Shown piece after piece: positions 46,804 through 57,428 of a DNA stretch of 64,000 bases. Within the stretch, counting starts at the first letter, position 1; each line of letters opens with the position of its first letter. Below the pieces are notes generated by a model. The model searched no databases, was not told where the DNA came from, and saw nothing but the letters and a program-made list of their open reading frames with translations. Source of the stretch: Vampirovibrionaceae bacterium NZW_1234. Its GTDB lineage: Bacteria > Cyanobacteriota > Vampirovibrionia > Vampirovibrionales > JAGQHJ01. The stretch lies in NCBI GenBank assembly GCA_041697335.1, contig JBGUGD010000039.1, positions 96,001 to 160,000 of the forward strand. Reading direction: 5' to 3'. The translations under genes were made by a program, and so were the position numbers.

Positions 46804-49350
46804 ATGAAGACTAAGTTAATGGCACTGGCCCTGACCATGGCCTTATGCAACAGCAGCACACTGGCTCCGCTGGCACTGGCCGCAGCCACAAAAGCACCGC
46901 AAAGTCCGGTTATTCGAAGCACCATTAGCCAAAATACAACCCAATTGGAACTCACCATGGGCAAAGCCCAGGTTATCCGACTCAGTAGCCCTGCTAGCCG
47001 TGTCTCTATAAGCGATCCCCAAGTTGTGGGTGTTGTCCTCATCAGTCCCACCGAAGTCGAGCTAATCGGTAAAGCCGTCGGAGTAGCAAACCTGCTTATC
47101 TGGAACGAAAACAGCGGCTCAAACTACACCACCATCGACTTATCCGTTCATCGTGACGTATCAACCCTTGCCAACAAGATTCAAATGATTGACCCCGGCA
47201 TCAATATCCTGCCGGTCGCTGCGGAAGATTCCGTTATTTTGACCGGTGTCGCCGAGTCCCAGGACAAAGCCCAACTGGCGTATGATTTAGCCAAAGCTTT
47301 CTTCTCCGAAGATCGTGCTGGACAAGGGCAGGCCAATGAAGTCAGCAGTAACTCCCCAGGCAGTGCACTGCAGGCCCAGAGTTCAACAAAAATCATTAAC
47401 CTGATTCGCGTGATGGGCCAGCCCACCACCAAAGCCGAAATGGTTCAGGAGCAGCTGAAGAACATTGATCCCAACATCAAACTCAGCATCGTTCCAGGCT
47501 TTGGCGGCAAGGAGAAAGCCATTTTAATGGGTCGGGTGAAAAACAGCAGTGCCGTCTCCAAGGCCATCAACCTGGCCGGTGTGTTCTATGGCACACCGGG
47601 CATTAAAATTCTTGCCGGCCAAGGTGGAAACCTGGTCAAAGAAGAGGGCGGCAGCAGCTCTTCTTCAAACGACAGCAGCTTTACAGCAGGCAGTGGCGGC
47701 GATCTGGTCAGCAATTTTGCCGGTAACATCCTCCATGGCTCCATTATGACCGATGCCTCTGGCAACGTGGTCAGTATGCTGGAAGTGGAAGAGCGCCCCC
47801 AGATCAAATGCACCATCAAGTTCCTGGAAGTCCAGAAAACCAACGTCAATAATTACACCATTTCTCATTTCCTCGCCGGTGAAACCGCCCGGTTTGCCTC
47901 CTATCAAGGTGGCCTGGGCCAAGGTGTCGTTGCCGGGACCACCACCAATGTCTTGTTTACCACCATCGAAAGCTTTTTTAACCAGGTCAACGGGGCCAAC
48001 AACGCAACATTGGGGATCCGCTATGGTGGAGACTTCTCCAGCGTCTTAAACGGTCTGGTTAGCAACGGTGTGGCCAAGGTCCTGGCGGAGCCAACGCTGA
48101 CCAGTATCAGCGGTGAGCCTGCCTCCTTCCTCGCTGGCGGTGAGTTTCCCATTCCCTTAATCAACAGTACCGGTGGGGTCAGTATTATCTTTAAAGAGTT
48201 CGGTATTCGCCTCAACATGTTGGCCACCGTCACCGACCGCGGCACCGTCCACATGCAGGTCAGCCCTGAAGTCAGTGCTTTGGACGCAAACTCCTCCGTA
48301 AACATCAGCGGGTTCCGGGTTCCCGGCTTAAGCACCCGCCGCAGTCAAAGCGTTCTGGAGATGAACAATGGCGACTATTTCGTCTTAAGCGGGCTCTATA
48401 ATGACAGTTCGACCCGAAACCTGATTAAAACCCCCTTACTGGGACAGCTCCCGATTTTAGGAACCTTGTTCCGCAGCAAAGCTTTCCAGGAAGCCAAAAC
48501 GGAGATTGTCATTGTGGTTCACCCTGAGATCCAATCTCAAATGAATCTCAGTGCCGTGGAATCCCGCAGAGATGCCAATGCCCCTAAAATTAGCGCCGAT
48601 GCCGAAGCCGTTTTGAAGGCCTATCAAATCCCGGGAAGCACCACAACCGCCTCCGAAGGCAAGCCTGAAACCAAGGCCGATACAAAAATCCTGGCCAGCA
48701 CCGATCCCAAGGCTGAGCTGAAAGCGGCAGCCGGGTCGGGAACCACTTCGGACGGCAAACCCACCCGAGAATTCAAACGTGCTTTGAAAAAAGCACAAAA
48801 AGAAGCACAACGGCTTGCCAAAGAAGCCCAAGAGGCAAAAGCTGCTGAACCCCAACCAACTGCCAAGCCCGATTCGACAGCAACAGCCCCATCAACAGAT
48901 TTAGGGACAGTTAGTGGCGCTGCAGGCCAGGTCATCCTTCCCGCAGGTCTGGAAGATTACCTTAGCACTCAAAAGCAAGAACTAACCAACCTGCTAGGGC
49001 GTCTCGAGGCATCCGTAACCCCAGAAGTGGTTGAATCCAGCCCGAAGCCAAGTCCCCAGACCCCAACTGCCAAAGCCCCCCAAGCTACGGCTCCGGCAGC
49101 GGCCCAGAAAGCACTCCCCTCGGCAAAGCCTGGCCAGACCAGTGCCAAAGTGAGTGACATTCCGGCTAAAAGTCTCAATAAGGCAACCACCAGCGGTAAA
49201 CCACTGGCGCCAAAAACCAAAGCCACAAACGTTCCCAAACGTGTAAAACCCACAACCACTGGGGTTCTTCCTCCCCGTAAACCGGATGTGGCCGTACATG
49301 TCAACAAAATCCGACAAAGCCTCACCCAATTGTTAAGTTTCAATCCTTAA
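46804..49350 (+). CDS. cpaC: Tad secretin CpaC/RcpA with two BON-like domains and a long low-complexity tail
   Basis: Signal peptide, pilus-formation N-domain, LAEPTLTSISGEPASFLAGGEFPIP, FKEFGIRL, P.LGQLPILGTLFRS. Confidence 0.92.
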   Translation: MKTKLMALALTMALCNSSTLAPLALAAATKAPQSPVIRSTISQNTTQLELTMGKAQVIRLSSPASRVSISDPQVVGVVLISPTEVELIGKAVGVANLLIWNENSGSNYTTIDLSVHRDVSTLANKIQMIDPGINILPVAAEDSVILTGVAESQDKAQLAYDLAKAFFSEDRAGQGQANEVSSNSPGSALQAQSSTKIINLIRVMGQPTTKAEMVQEQLKNIDPNIKLSIVPGFGGKEKAILMGRVKNSSAVSKAINLAGVFYGTPGIKILAGQGGNLVKEEGGSSSSSNDSSFTAGSGGDLVSNFAGNILHGSIMTDASGNVVSMLEVEERPQIKCTIKFLEVQKTNVNNYTISHFLAGETARFASYQGGLGQGVVAGTTTNVLFTTIESFFNQVNGANNATLGIRYGGDFSSVLNGLVSNGVAKVLAEPTLTSISGEPASFLAGGEFPIPLINSTGGVSIIFKEFGIRLNMLATVTDRGTVHMQVSPEVSALDANSSVNISGFRVPGLSTRRSQSVLEMNNGDYFVLSGLYNDSSTRNLIKTPLLGQLPILGTLFRSKAFQEAKTEIVIVVHPEIQSQMNLSAVESRRDANAPKISADAEAVLKAYQIPGSTTTASEGKPETKADTKILASTDPKAELKAAAGSGTTSDGKPTREFKRALKKAQKEAQRLAKEAQEAKAAEPQPTAKPDSTATAPSTDLGTVSGAAGQVILPAGLEDYLSTQKQELTNLLGRLEASVTPEVVESSPKPSPQTPTAKAPQATAPAAAQKALPSAKPGQTSAKVSDIPAKSLNKATTSGKPLAPKTKATNVPKRVKPTTTGVLPPRKPDVAVHVNKIRQSLTQLLSFNP

Positions 49351-49359
49351 AGGAAACAC

Positions 49360-49388
49360 ATCGCCATCCCAAAAATCGGGATGGCGAT
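49360..49388 (+). other. Stem-loop after cpaC
   Basis: ATCGCCATCCC-AAAAATC-GGGATGGCGAT. Confidence 0.6.
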
Positions 49389-49650
49389 CCCCCCCTGGAT
49401 CTGTCAACCTCAACTCCCTGCGCTCTATTGGCCCCTATCCGATGAGAAGGTCAAAGACGTGATAGCGAAGGTGCATCTCCTTCAGGTGAGCGACCGCCAT
49501 AAAGAAAATGACAGCTTGGTCGATACCTTCAGTGTATGAGGAAGTTCATCGCCAACGCTCAGAGACGACTGTGAAACCGATGGGTCATATGAACCGACAG
49601 CCCGATAGCTTGGACACCTCAGGCCCCATGACACTTGAGACACTATACCT

Positions 49651-50886
49651 ATGAGAGTAATTGCTGTCGCCAGCACCGAAGAAACCCGAAATATGCTTAC
49701 TAAGCAGCTCCAGCAGCTTAGTTTCATTAAGTTCGACGGTGTTGTGACAGAGCTTTCCGACGCCCAATCGTTGTGGCAAAAGCAAAAGCCCGATTTGCTC
49801 ATTATCGACCTGACCGACCGAGAGCTCGATGCCTGTCTCTTTATCGAAGTCATCAACTACAACGTCGAGAGCAAAACCGTGGTGTTCGGTCTGCACCGGG
49901 AACTGGATCCCAACATCATTGTCAAAGCCGTCTCCAGTGGTGTGAAAGAGTTTATTCAATACCCCAAAGACCCAGCAGCCCTGGAAGCTGCTATCGAAAA
50001 GCATTGGAACTTCCATCAAAAGCTGGCCTTGAAACAAAAAGGCGAAACAGAGCGCGACTACGGCAAAGTCATCCCAGTCTTTGGCAGTAAAGGTGGGGTC
50101 GGGGCCTCCACGGTGGCCGTTAACCTGGCTCACCAGCTACGCTTAGTGACCCGAAAACCGGTTCTCATCTTTGATATGGACCAGGTTTTTGGCAATACAG
50201 CCGTCATGCTCAACTTTAAGGCCAGCTATGCCCTGTCCGATCTGGTGAATGAAAACCCCAACGACATTGATGATGCCGTCTTGGATAAAATCATCGTCCA
50301 CCACGAAACCGGCATCGACCTGATTGTGGCTTGTAAAAGCGTGTTGGATGAAAACCCGCTCATCCCTCCCGAGCTTCTCGAGCGGGTCATGACCTACATC
50401 AAATCCCGGTATGAGTTCATCATCATCGATTTACCCACCCATGTCGTGGATCCGTACCACCAGTACTTTGTGGAAAGTGCCGATGATATTCTCCTGGTGT
50501 CGTCCTTGGACATTCCCGGCCTCTATCGGACCCGCCAGTACATCGAACTGGTGAAGCGCCACCTGGACACCAACAAGGTCAAGCTGATCCTCAACCGCTG
50601 CGACCTCAAAGCTGCGGTAGGAATGTCAAACGAAAGCATTGAAGAAGAGTTTAAATACCCGATCTACTTCCGTCTGCCCAACAATTGGCCGTTAAACGTG
50701 GAAGCCATGAGCCTGGGCCAGGCTCTGGGGATGGTATCTCCCCAGGCGGATTTGGTAAAGGCCTTTCAGGAACTGGCCACCAAGTTGTCCGGCATTGCCA
50801 CATCCTTGGAACCTGAGCGCCAGTCGGAAAAATCCACCGGATTCTTTGGACGATTAACACGGAGAAGCAGTCATGTCGCTGGTTAG
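49651..50886 (+). CDS. cpaE: CpaE/TadZ (receiver-like + MinD/ParA-like ATPase)
   Basis: N-terminal receiver-like domain (PDLLIIDL); deviant Walker A GSKGGVGAST; IIIDLP. Confidence 0.9.
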   Translation: MRVIAVASTEETRNMLTKQLQQLSFIKFDGVVTELSDAQSLWQKQKPDLLIIDLTDRELDACLFIEVINYNVESKTVVFGLHRELDPNIIVKAVSSGVKEFIQYPKDPAALEAAIEKHWNFHQKLALKQKGETERDYGKVIPVFGSKGGVGASTVAVNLAHQLRLVTRKPVLIFDMDQVFGNTAVMLNFKASYALSDLVNENPNDIDDAVLDKIIVHHETGIDLIVACKSVLDENPLIPPELLERVMTYIKSRYEFIIIDLPTHVVDPYHQYFVESADDILLVSSLDIPGLYRTRQYIELVKRHLDTNKVKLILNRCDLKAAVGMSNESIEEEFKYPIYFRLPNNWPLNVEAMSLGQALGMVSPQADLVKAFQELATKLSGIATSLEPERQSEKSTGFFGRLTRRSSHVAG

Positions 50887-52294
50887 ACAAGGTTGGGGCG
50901 GGTTCAACAAAAAACCCGGTGAATCGGGCCCAGGCCAAGAGCCTGAAACCCCGCATACCGAAGAAACGGCAAGTGAACTGACGGCAAAAAAAGACCAATC
51001 GGCAACAGCCTTGGCTGTAAAAACCGAAAAAGAGAGTGAATCCGAGCAACTGCGGGTCCGGATTCATCGCAGATTGATTGAAGAAATGGATACCACGCAG
51101 CTCAACGATATTAATCCCACAGAGCTGCGTAAACAAATCCGCCAGGCCGTCAATGAACTCCTGTTGGAAGAAAATGCCTTGCTAACCCAAATCGAGCGGG
51201 ATCGGCTGGTCGATGAAATTCTGGACGAAACCATGGGCTTGGGTCCCTTGGAGCCGTTACTGCGGGACAAAACCATCAGCGAAGTCATGGTCAACGGCGC
51301 CAAACACGTCTACGTGGAGCGCAAGGGCAAGCTCGTACTCACCGATGTGCAGTTCAAAGATGACGGCCACTTGATGCAAATCATCGATCGCATTGTCTCT
51401 CGCATCGGTCGCCGGGTCGATGAAAGCACCCCTCTCTGTGACGCCCGTCTTCAGGATGGCTCAAGGGTCAACGTTATCATTCCGCCCCTGGCCATTGATG
51501 GCCCGGCGCTGACCATTCGGAAGTTTTCGGCAGACCCCTACAAGGTCCAGGATCTGATTAATTTCGGCTCCCTCTCGCCTATGGCGGCCGAGGTCCTAAA
51601 AGCCTGTGTTTATGGCCGATTGAATATCATCATCTCCGGCGGTACGGGCTCCGGGAAAACCACGCTCCTTAACGTGGTCTCCAGCTTTATCCCCGATGAC
51701 GAGCGGATTGTCACCATTGAGGACGCCGCCGAGCTACAACTGCAACAGGAGCACGTGGTGCGCCTGGAAACCCGACCACCCAACATTGAAGGCAAAGGCC
51801 AGATTACCATGCGAGATCTGGTCAAAAACTCCCTTCGGATGCGCCCCGAGCGGATTGTTGTCGGGGAGGTCCGGGCCGGAGAAGCCCTGGACATGCTTCA
51901 AGCCATGAACACCGGTCACGATGGCTCTTTGACAACGCTTCACGCCAACACCCCTCGAGACGCCCTTCGTCGCCTTGAGACGCTGGTGATGATGGCAGGC
52001 TTTGACCTGCCGCAACGCGCCATTCGGGAGCAGATTGCCTCGGCCGTCGACTTGATTGTTCAGGCTTGCCGCCTGAGTGACGGAAGCCGCAAGGTCATGA
52101 GCATTACGGAAATCGTCGGCATGGAAGGCGACGTGGTGTTACTGCAGGATATCTTCCTCTTTCGCCAGGAAGGTGTGGATGAAAATGGCAAAATCATTGG
52201 CGAATTCAAATACACCGGTGTCCGACCCAAGTTCCTCGAACGAGTGCTGGCGTCGGGGGCCAAGCTGGATGTCTCGATGTTTGAGCAATTCTAG
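50873..52294 (+). CDS. cpaF: Tad pilus assembly ATPase CpaF/TadA
   Basis: [51 protein letters not shown]. Confidence 0.96.
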   Translation: MSLVRQGWGGFNKKPGESGPGQEPETPHTEETASELTAKKDQSATALAVKTEKESESEQLRVRIHRRLIEEMDTTQLNDINPTELRKQIRQAVNELLLEENALLTQIERDRLVDEILDETMGLGPLEPLLRDKTISEVMVNGAKHVYVERKGKLVLTDVQFKDDGHLMQIIDRIVSRIGRRVDESTPLCDARLQDGSRVNVIIPPLAIDGPALTIRKFSADPYKVQDLINFGSLSPMAAEVLKACVYGRLNIIISGGTGSGKTTLLNVVSSFIPDDERIVTIEDAAELQLQQEHVVRLETRPPNIEGKGQITMRDLVKNSLRMRPERIVVGEVRAGEALDMLQAMNTGHDGSLTTLHANTPRDALRRLETLVMMAGFDLPQRAIREQIASAVDLIVQACRLSDGSRKVMSITEIVGMEGDVVLLQDIFLFRQEGVDENGKIIGEFKYTGVRPKFLERVLASGAKLDVSMFEQF

Positions 52295-52324
52295 ACATCA
52301 AAGTGATGGAGGCACGTAGGCGCG

Positions 52325-53266
52325 ATGGATCCCTTGTATATTGTACCGGTCATCCCCATTCTCTTTGCCTTTGCGGGGGTGTACTACCTGTTCTTTGCCA
52401 AAAAAGACCAGGCCCGTGAGTTTGTTCATCAGCTCTTCAACGAAGAAGACCGCGCAGAGCAGATGCGGCGGATGCAGCAACAACATTACATCCTCAAAAA
52501 GCGCAACAAAGATCAAAGCAAGTTTCTCCAACGCCTGGATATGGATTTAGAGCGGGCCAACCTGATGATCAAACCCAACGAATTCATCATGTTGGCCGTT
52601 GGCGCCGCTTTTTTCTGCGGCCTGATTACTCTGGCCATGGGAAAAGGCCTTTTCCTGACCATTCTCGCTGGCACGGGCGGTTTCTTTTTACCCCAAATGT
52701 ACCTTAAAATCCGCATCATGATGCGGATGAGCAAAGCCCGGGCCCAGTTTGCCGATGTTCTGGACATGATGGTCAGCTGTTTCAAGTCCGGCTACGGCTT
52801 TGCTCGCGCCGTGCAAGTGGTGGCCGAAAACTTTACCGACCCCTGGTCCACGGAACTGAGTAAAGTGGCGGCAGAAATGAATTTCGGCTCTACCCAGGAA
52901 GATGCCCTATTGGCCCTGGCCAAACGGATTCCGAACCCGGATGTGGCCTTATTTGTGACCGCTGTTTTGATTCAGAAAGAAACCGGCGGCAACCTGGCAG
53001 AATTGCTGAGCAATCTGAGCCACACCATCCGGGATCGCTACAAGCTCCTCAGCAAAGTCAGCGCCTTATCGGCACAAGGCAAGCTTTCGGCCATTATTGT
53101 ATTTCTGATTCCCTTTGGTCTGGCCGGGGTATTTACCTTGATTATGCCCGAAATGATGAACAACTTTGCCCATAACCCCATTGGCATCTGTCTTATCGGG
53201 TTTGCCCTGGTGATGCAGGCCATTGGTGGCGTTGTACTCAAGAAAATCGTCTCATTGGAGGTGTAG
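52325..53266 (+). CDS. tadB: TadB inner-membrane platform protein
   Basis: T2SSF domain: IQKETGGNLAELL, ALSAQGKLSA. Confidence 0.92.
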   Translation: MDPLYIVPVIPILFAFAGVYYLFFAKKDQAREFVHQLFNEEDRAEQMRRMQQQHYILKKRNKDQSKFLQRLDMDLERANLMIKPNEFIMLAVGAAFFCGLITLAMGKGLFLTILAGTGGFFLPQMYLKIRIMMRMSKARAQFADVLDMMVSCFKSGYGFARAVQVVAENFTDPWSTELSKVAAEMNFGSTQEDALLALAKRIPNPDVALFVTAVLIQKETGGNLAELLSNLSHTIRDRYKLLSKVSALSAQGKLSAIIVFLIPFGLAGVFTLIMPEMMNNFAHNPIGICLIGFALVMQAIGGVVLKKIVSLEV

Positions 53267-53270
53267 TGCC

Positions 53271-54242
53271 ATGGAAATGATTATTCTCGGTGCGCTCATC
53301 TTCTTCACCTTGGCCATGGCCGCCTTCGGGGTCATCCAGTCGAAAAACGAAAGCCAGGTCAAAGCCCGCGTATCAAACCTGAACCCAGGTGCGGCACCGA
53401 GCAAAGCCCTGACGGGCCGCCAGAAAAATTTTGATGACAGCTTCACCCAGCGGGTCATTATTCCCTTTGCCCAAAACCTGTCGGATAAAATCCAAACCCT
53501 CATTCCTTTGTCCGGCAAATCCTGGATTCGAATGAAGCTGATGCAGGCCGGATACTTGCGCCCGCAGTACCAGCGAACCTTCATGGGCGTTCACTGTATT
53601 ACCACCGTGGCCCCGTTGTTGTTTGTGGCCTTTCTGGTCCTCATTACCCACTCGGTATCAGGCCTGGTCGCGACGCTTCTGTTTGTCATGTTTGGCGGAA
53701 TGGGCTTCTTTATGCCCATCCTGTGGCTCATTCAGCAAGCGTCCAAACGGCAAAACAGCATCCGAAAAGCCCTGCCGGATTTTCTCGATCTCCTGGTCAT
53801 CTGCGTGGAGGCTGGCTTGGGCTTGGATGTGGCCATTGCCAAGATTTCCAAGATCGAGTCCGTACAGACCTCTGAGTATTTAAGAGAGGAACTGCTGCGG
53901 TATTCCAAAGACATCAGCTTTGGCAAGCCTCGTAAGGATGCGTTGATGGATTTGGCCAACCGGACCGGGATTGACGACCTCAATGCCATCGTCAACGCCT
54001 TGATTCAGGCTTATGAAATGGGCACCGGCGTGGTTCAGGCCTTGAAAGTCCAGTCGGAAGGTCTTCGCCAGAAGCGCCTTCACCGGGCCGAAGCGGCTGC
54101 CAACAAGATTTCGGTCAAAATGGTGCTGCCCATCTACATGTTCTTCTTTCCGGGCATCTTTATCGTGATTCTCGGCCCCTTAATCCTGCATGCCTTCCAG
54201 CAGATTACGCAAACCATGCACCAGACCGGCGGTGGCCCTTAA
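53271..54242 (+). CDS. tadC: TadC inner-membrane platform protein
   Basis: LPDFLDLLVICVEAGLGLD, KISVKMVLP; ATG 53271 with GGAGG upstream. Confidence 0.92.
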   Translation: MEMIILGALIFFTLAMAAFGVIQSKNESQVKARVSNLNPGAAPSKALTGRQKNFDDSFTQRVIIPFAQNLSDKIQTLIPLSGKSWIRMKLMQAGYLRPQYQRTFMGVHCITTVAPLLFVAFLVLITHSVSGLVATLLFVMFGGMGFFMPILWLIQQASKRQNSIRKALPDFLDLLVICVEAGLGLDVAIAKISKIESVQTSEYLREELLRYSKDISFGKPRKDALMDLANRTGIDDLNAIVNALIQAYEMGTGVVQALKVQSEGLRQKRLHRAEAAANKISVKMVLPIYMFFFPGIFIVILGPLILHAFQQITQTMHQTGGGP

Positions 54243-54256
54243 AGCCGTCCACCCTG

Positions 54257-55015
54257 TCAGAGCGCATCTGCGCCGTTGCTTTGCGCCTCATCCTCATCAA
54301 CAGGTTGATCCATGCAAATCAAGGCCATCTTGGCCGCCATTTGCTGGGCTTCTTTTTTGGATTTTCCCTGGCCACAGCCCATCACTTCGCCATTAATGAC
54401 CACTTCCACGTGAAACGTCCGGGAATGGGCGGGGCCTTCTTCCAGTACCGTCACATATTCCGGCAGACCAAAGCCGTCCCCTTGGGTCAATTCCTGAAGG
54501 GCCGCCTTGTAATTATCCTTGGTCTTGCTCAAATCCACTTTGGTGACTTCGTCTTCCACCAGGTCCTCGATAAATTGCGTGGCAAAGGCCATTTGGCCAT
54601 TCAGAAACAGCGCTCCCAAAAAGGCTTCCAGGGCACAAGCCAGGTTGGATACCTTGTTCCGTCCCCCACTTTTAGCCTCACAGGGGCCGAAAATCATATA
54701 CTCGCCAATCTGAATGCGACGGGCAAAATTGGCCAGAACAGCATCACTCACAATCACGGAGCGTATCTTCGTGAGTTCGCCTTCCCGGTAATGGGGAAAG
54801 CGCTCGAACAGATATTGGCTGATGATGATCTTGAGAACGGCATCTCCCAAAAACTCAAGCCGTTCATAGTTTTTCAGGGATGACATCTTGAATTCGTAAG
54901 TATAGGAACTATGCGTCAGCGCCTGTTGGTACAAGGGCAAAGCGTCGTCCGTGTACTCAACACCTAACGACTCTAGAAAAGCCTGAATCTGTTGTAACTC
55001 AGAGTCCTTCATCAT
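54257..55015 (-). CDS. rnc: Ribonuclease III
   Basis: ALTHSS, ERLEFLGDAVL, EAFLGA; dsRBD YKAALQE...GKSKKEAQQMAA. Confidence 0.96.
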   Translation of the reverse strand: MMKDSELQQIQAFLESLGVEYTDDALPLYQQALTHSSYTYEFKMSSLKNYERLEFLGDAVLKIIISQYLFERFPHYREGELTKIRSVIVSDAVLANFARRIQIGEYMIFGPCEAKSGGRNKVSNLACALEAFLGALFLNGQMAFATQFIEDLVEDEVTKVDLSKTKDNYKAALQELTQGDGFGLPEYVTVLEEGPAHSRTFHVEVVINGEVMGCGQGKSKKEAQQMAAKMALICMDQPVDEDEAQSNGADAL

Positions 55016-55887
55016 CGGAACAATTCAATGACCTCATGGGCCAAGCCCTGATGCAACACAAACCAGATAATATAATAATACCCGACCGCCCCAGAGAAAA
55101 TATAGCTGTCGGTTCGATCCAACAGTCCCCCATGCCCGGGGATAACACTCCCGGAATCTTTCAACCCGGCATCTCGCTTAATCAGCGACTCGGACAAATC
55201 CCCCATCTGCCCCACCAGCGAAATCAAGGCGGCAAAAATCAGGCCATGATACCACGGCAGGTGGAACGCCAAGGCCGCCACCAGCCCCACCAAAACGGCG
55301 GCAGAGGTCCCCACCACAGAGCCTTCGACAGTCTTTTTCGGACTGATTTGGGGGGAGAGCAGGTTTTTCCCGAAGCGCTTTCCGCCGTAATAGGCAAAAA
55401 TGTCGGAAGCACTGACAACCAACAGGATAAGCATCAGGTAAAAGACCCCGGACTGTTGCCAAACAGGCAAATGACTGTCATGGCCCAGCTGCCGGATGAG
55501 AATGAAGTGGGCTGGCAGGAAGCCCAGGTAGAAAAACATCATAATGGTCCCCCCGATATCGGAGATGGACGCGGGTTTCTTGCGCAGAAGCAGCCAGGCA
55601 AAGGTAAAAATAAGGCCCACCGTCACGGCCACCTGAAAATGGCGCTCCCACCCCATATAGGCCATCAGATAAAAAATGGGGCTAAACACACAGACGGTTA
55701 ACCGAGACGGCCGAATCCCCTTGGCCGTCATCAAGGCCAGCATTTCCTTGTAGGCAATGGGATAAAAGCCGACGGTAATCAATAATGCCCAGACCCCGCC
55801 ACCTAAAACGGCGCCAAGGGTCACCAGGGCTCCCATCAGGATCCCGGAAACCACGCGTGAATTCTTGGGGCGTTGTGCCGTCATCAT
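55012..55887 (-). CDS. cdsA: Phosphatidate cytidylyltransferase
   Basis: SDIFAYYGG, ISPKKTVEG, GDLSESLIKRDAGLKDSGSVIPGHGGLLDRTDS. Confidence 0.95.
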   Translation of the reverse strand: MMTAQRPKNSRVVSGILMGALVTLGAVLGGGVWALLITVGFYPIAYKEMLALMTAKGIRPSRLTVCVFSPIFYLMAYMGWERHFQVAVTVGLIFTFAWLLLRKKPASISDIGGTIMMFFYLGFLPAHFILIRQLGHDSHLPVWQQSGVFYLMLILLVVSASDIFAYYGGKRFGKNLLSPQISPKKTVEGSVVGTSAAVLVGLVAALAFHLPWYHGLIFAALISLVGQMGDLSESLIKRDAGLKDSGSVIPGHGGLLDRTDSYIFSGAVGYYYIIWFVLHQGLAHEVIELFR

Positions 55888-56080
55888 CCGCTCATGCCAA
55901 ACGATGCCCACCAAAGGCGTTCTTTCATCATAGCAAAAAGCCAGTCATCACGAAATGAGAACACACCCTCGCCAAGACCGGTACCTGCGGCATCACCGCT
56001 TAAGGCGTTGCCAAAACCAGCACGAGAAAGGCCCTCTCTGGCCAGGCAGACGGCTTGTAAAGGCGGATTGAGAAAAAAGC

Positions 56081-56524
56081 TTACTCGGCGGCAGCTTCTT
56101 CAGCAGCTGGGGCTTCTTCAGCGGCAGGGGCCGGCTCTTCGGCAGGAGCAGCAGCGGCAGCTTCTGCTGCAGCTTTTTGGGCTTCAGCAGCTTCAGCGGC
56201 GGCGGCTTTCGCCTCTTCCTGTTCCTTCAAGCGCGCTTGGGCTTTCTTGGAAAGGCGCTCTTTTTGCGCTTTTTCCAGAACAATCAATTCACCGGTTTCA
56301 GGAGCTTGCTTAATCAGGCGAACCACAACCTCGGTCGGCACAGCACCTTTACCCAACCAGTCGTTGGCAGCTTGCTTATCCAATTTCAGCTCGCGGGACA
56401 AGGGGTTGAAATATCCCAGTTCTGCCAAGGGAGCGCCGTTACGACGAGCCCGAATGTCCATCACCACGATACGGTAAAACGGTCTTTTCTTTCTGCCTAA
56501 ACGCTTTAAACGAATTTTAACCAT
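56081..56524 (-). CDS. rpsP: 30S ribosomal protein S16 with Ala/Glu-rich C-terminal extension
   Basis: MVKIRLKRLGRKKRPFYRIVV...ELGYFNP...WLGKGAVPT. Confidence 0.97.
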   Translation of the reverse strand: MVKIRLKRLGRKKRPFYRIVVMDIRARRNGAPLAELGYFNPLSRELKLDKQAANDWLGKGAVPTEVVVRLIKQAPETGELIVLEKAQKERLSKKAQARLKEQEEAKAAAAEAAEAQKAAAEAAAAAPAEEPAPAAEEAPAAEEAAAE

Positions 56525-56711
56525 TCCTAAAGTAATCTCCTAGTTCACATGTGAAGTTTTATCTATATAGCACAAAGCCCAAAGGGACTCAAGACAAGCT
56601 CAGGTCTGGAAACACCTCAAAACGGGCCCCGGTCATAAACCGGTCAGGGGTATTATAGAACAAAGGCATCGAAAGATCTTGTCTTTGTGCCCCACGCCCC
56701 CGAAAACCCAG

Positions 56712-56742
56712 AAAACAGCTCCCGTCAGTGGCGGGAGCTGTA
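56712..56742 (-). terminator. Intrinsic terminator
   Basis: Minus strand ACAGCTCCCG-CCACTGA-CGGGAGCTGT-TTT. Confidence 0.7.
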
Positions 56743-56765
56743 AAATGATAACTCAGATTCTGCGT

Positions 56766-57245
56766 TTAGAAAAAGCGAGGGGGCTGAGCGCCTTGATTCT
56801 GCCCGGCAAAAATTTGGCTGAACAAGAACACCAACAAGAACTTGAGGATCTCATCCAGTTTGTCATTTTTCGGGGGCTTCGGTGGTTTGGGCGGCTCGGG
56901 TTGACTGACGCCAAAGTCAGACAACTCAATGAGTCGGTTCCTGCCGGCCAGATCATCCAGTTCCGTCCGGTTCGATGACGAGAACATCCCGCGCATGATC
57001 AAGAGCTTACCGTCGCTGTTGGAATCCACCAGGCGGTCGCCGGACTCTAATCCAATGGCCAAATTTTCCAACACATTGGCCAGGTTGCGATCGGCAACCA
57101 ACGAGGCCTTATCACGTAAATCCTTGGCACTGACGTTTAAATCCCGTATCGGCGCACCGGCAAGGGGTGAAATAAATAAACCACGTACACGATCCACCTC
57201 AACAGGAGTGATTTGACGATACTGTGGCCGGGGTCGAATCATCAT
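56766..57245 (-). CDS. Orphan protein (EF-hand-like DSNSDG motif, Pro/Lys linker, C-terminal hydrophobic segment)
   Basis: AGGAGGA RBS; own terminator; 159 aa. Confidence 0.72.
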   Translation of the reverse strand: MMIRPRPQYRQITPVEVDRVRGLFISPLAGAPIRDLNVSAKDLRDKASLVADRNLANVLENLAIGLESGDRLVDSNSDGKLLIMRGMFSSSNRTELDDLAGRNRLIELSDFGVSQPEPPKPPKPPKNDKLDEILKFLLVFLFSQIFAGQNQGAQPPRFF

Positions 57246-57428
57246 GTCTCAATTCCTCCTAAAATCCAAAGGAGCACCTAATTTAACTCTCTTGCATGCA
57301 TTAAAACAAACATTAGATATTTTTTGATATCTATCTTCATACTTATTTAATATTTCGCAAGGATGCCTCAAAACCGAGAAACCGCTGAATACAGGCACCC
57401 GCAGGAATAATAAGACTATCCAGCACGA

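Noticed and set aside
50080..50120. Walker A lacking the usual Lys in CpaE as a pseudogene sign
   Set aside because: A degenerate Walker A is typical of TadZ/CpaE proteins.
56081..56260. Ala/Glu-rich S16 tail as a novelty
   Set aside because: Long low-complexity C-terminal extensions of S16 are known in several phyla.
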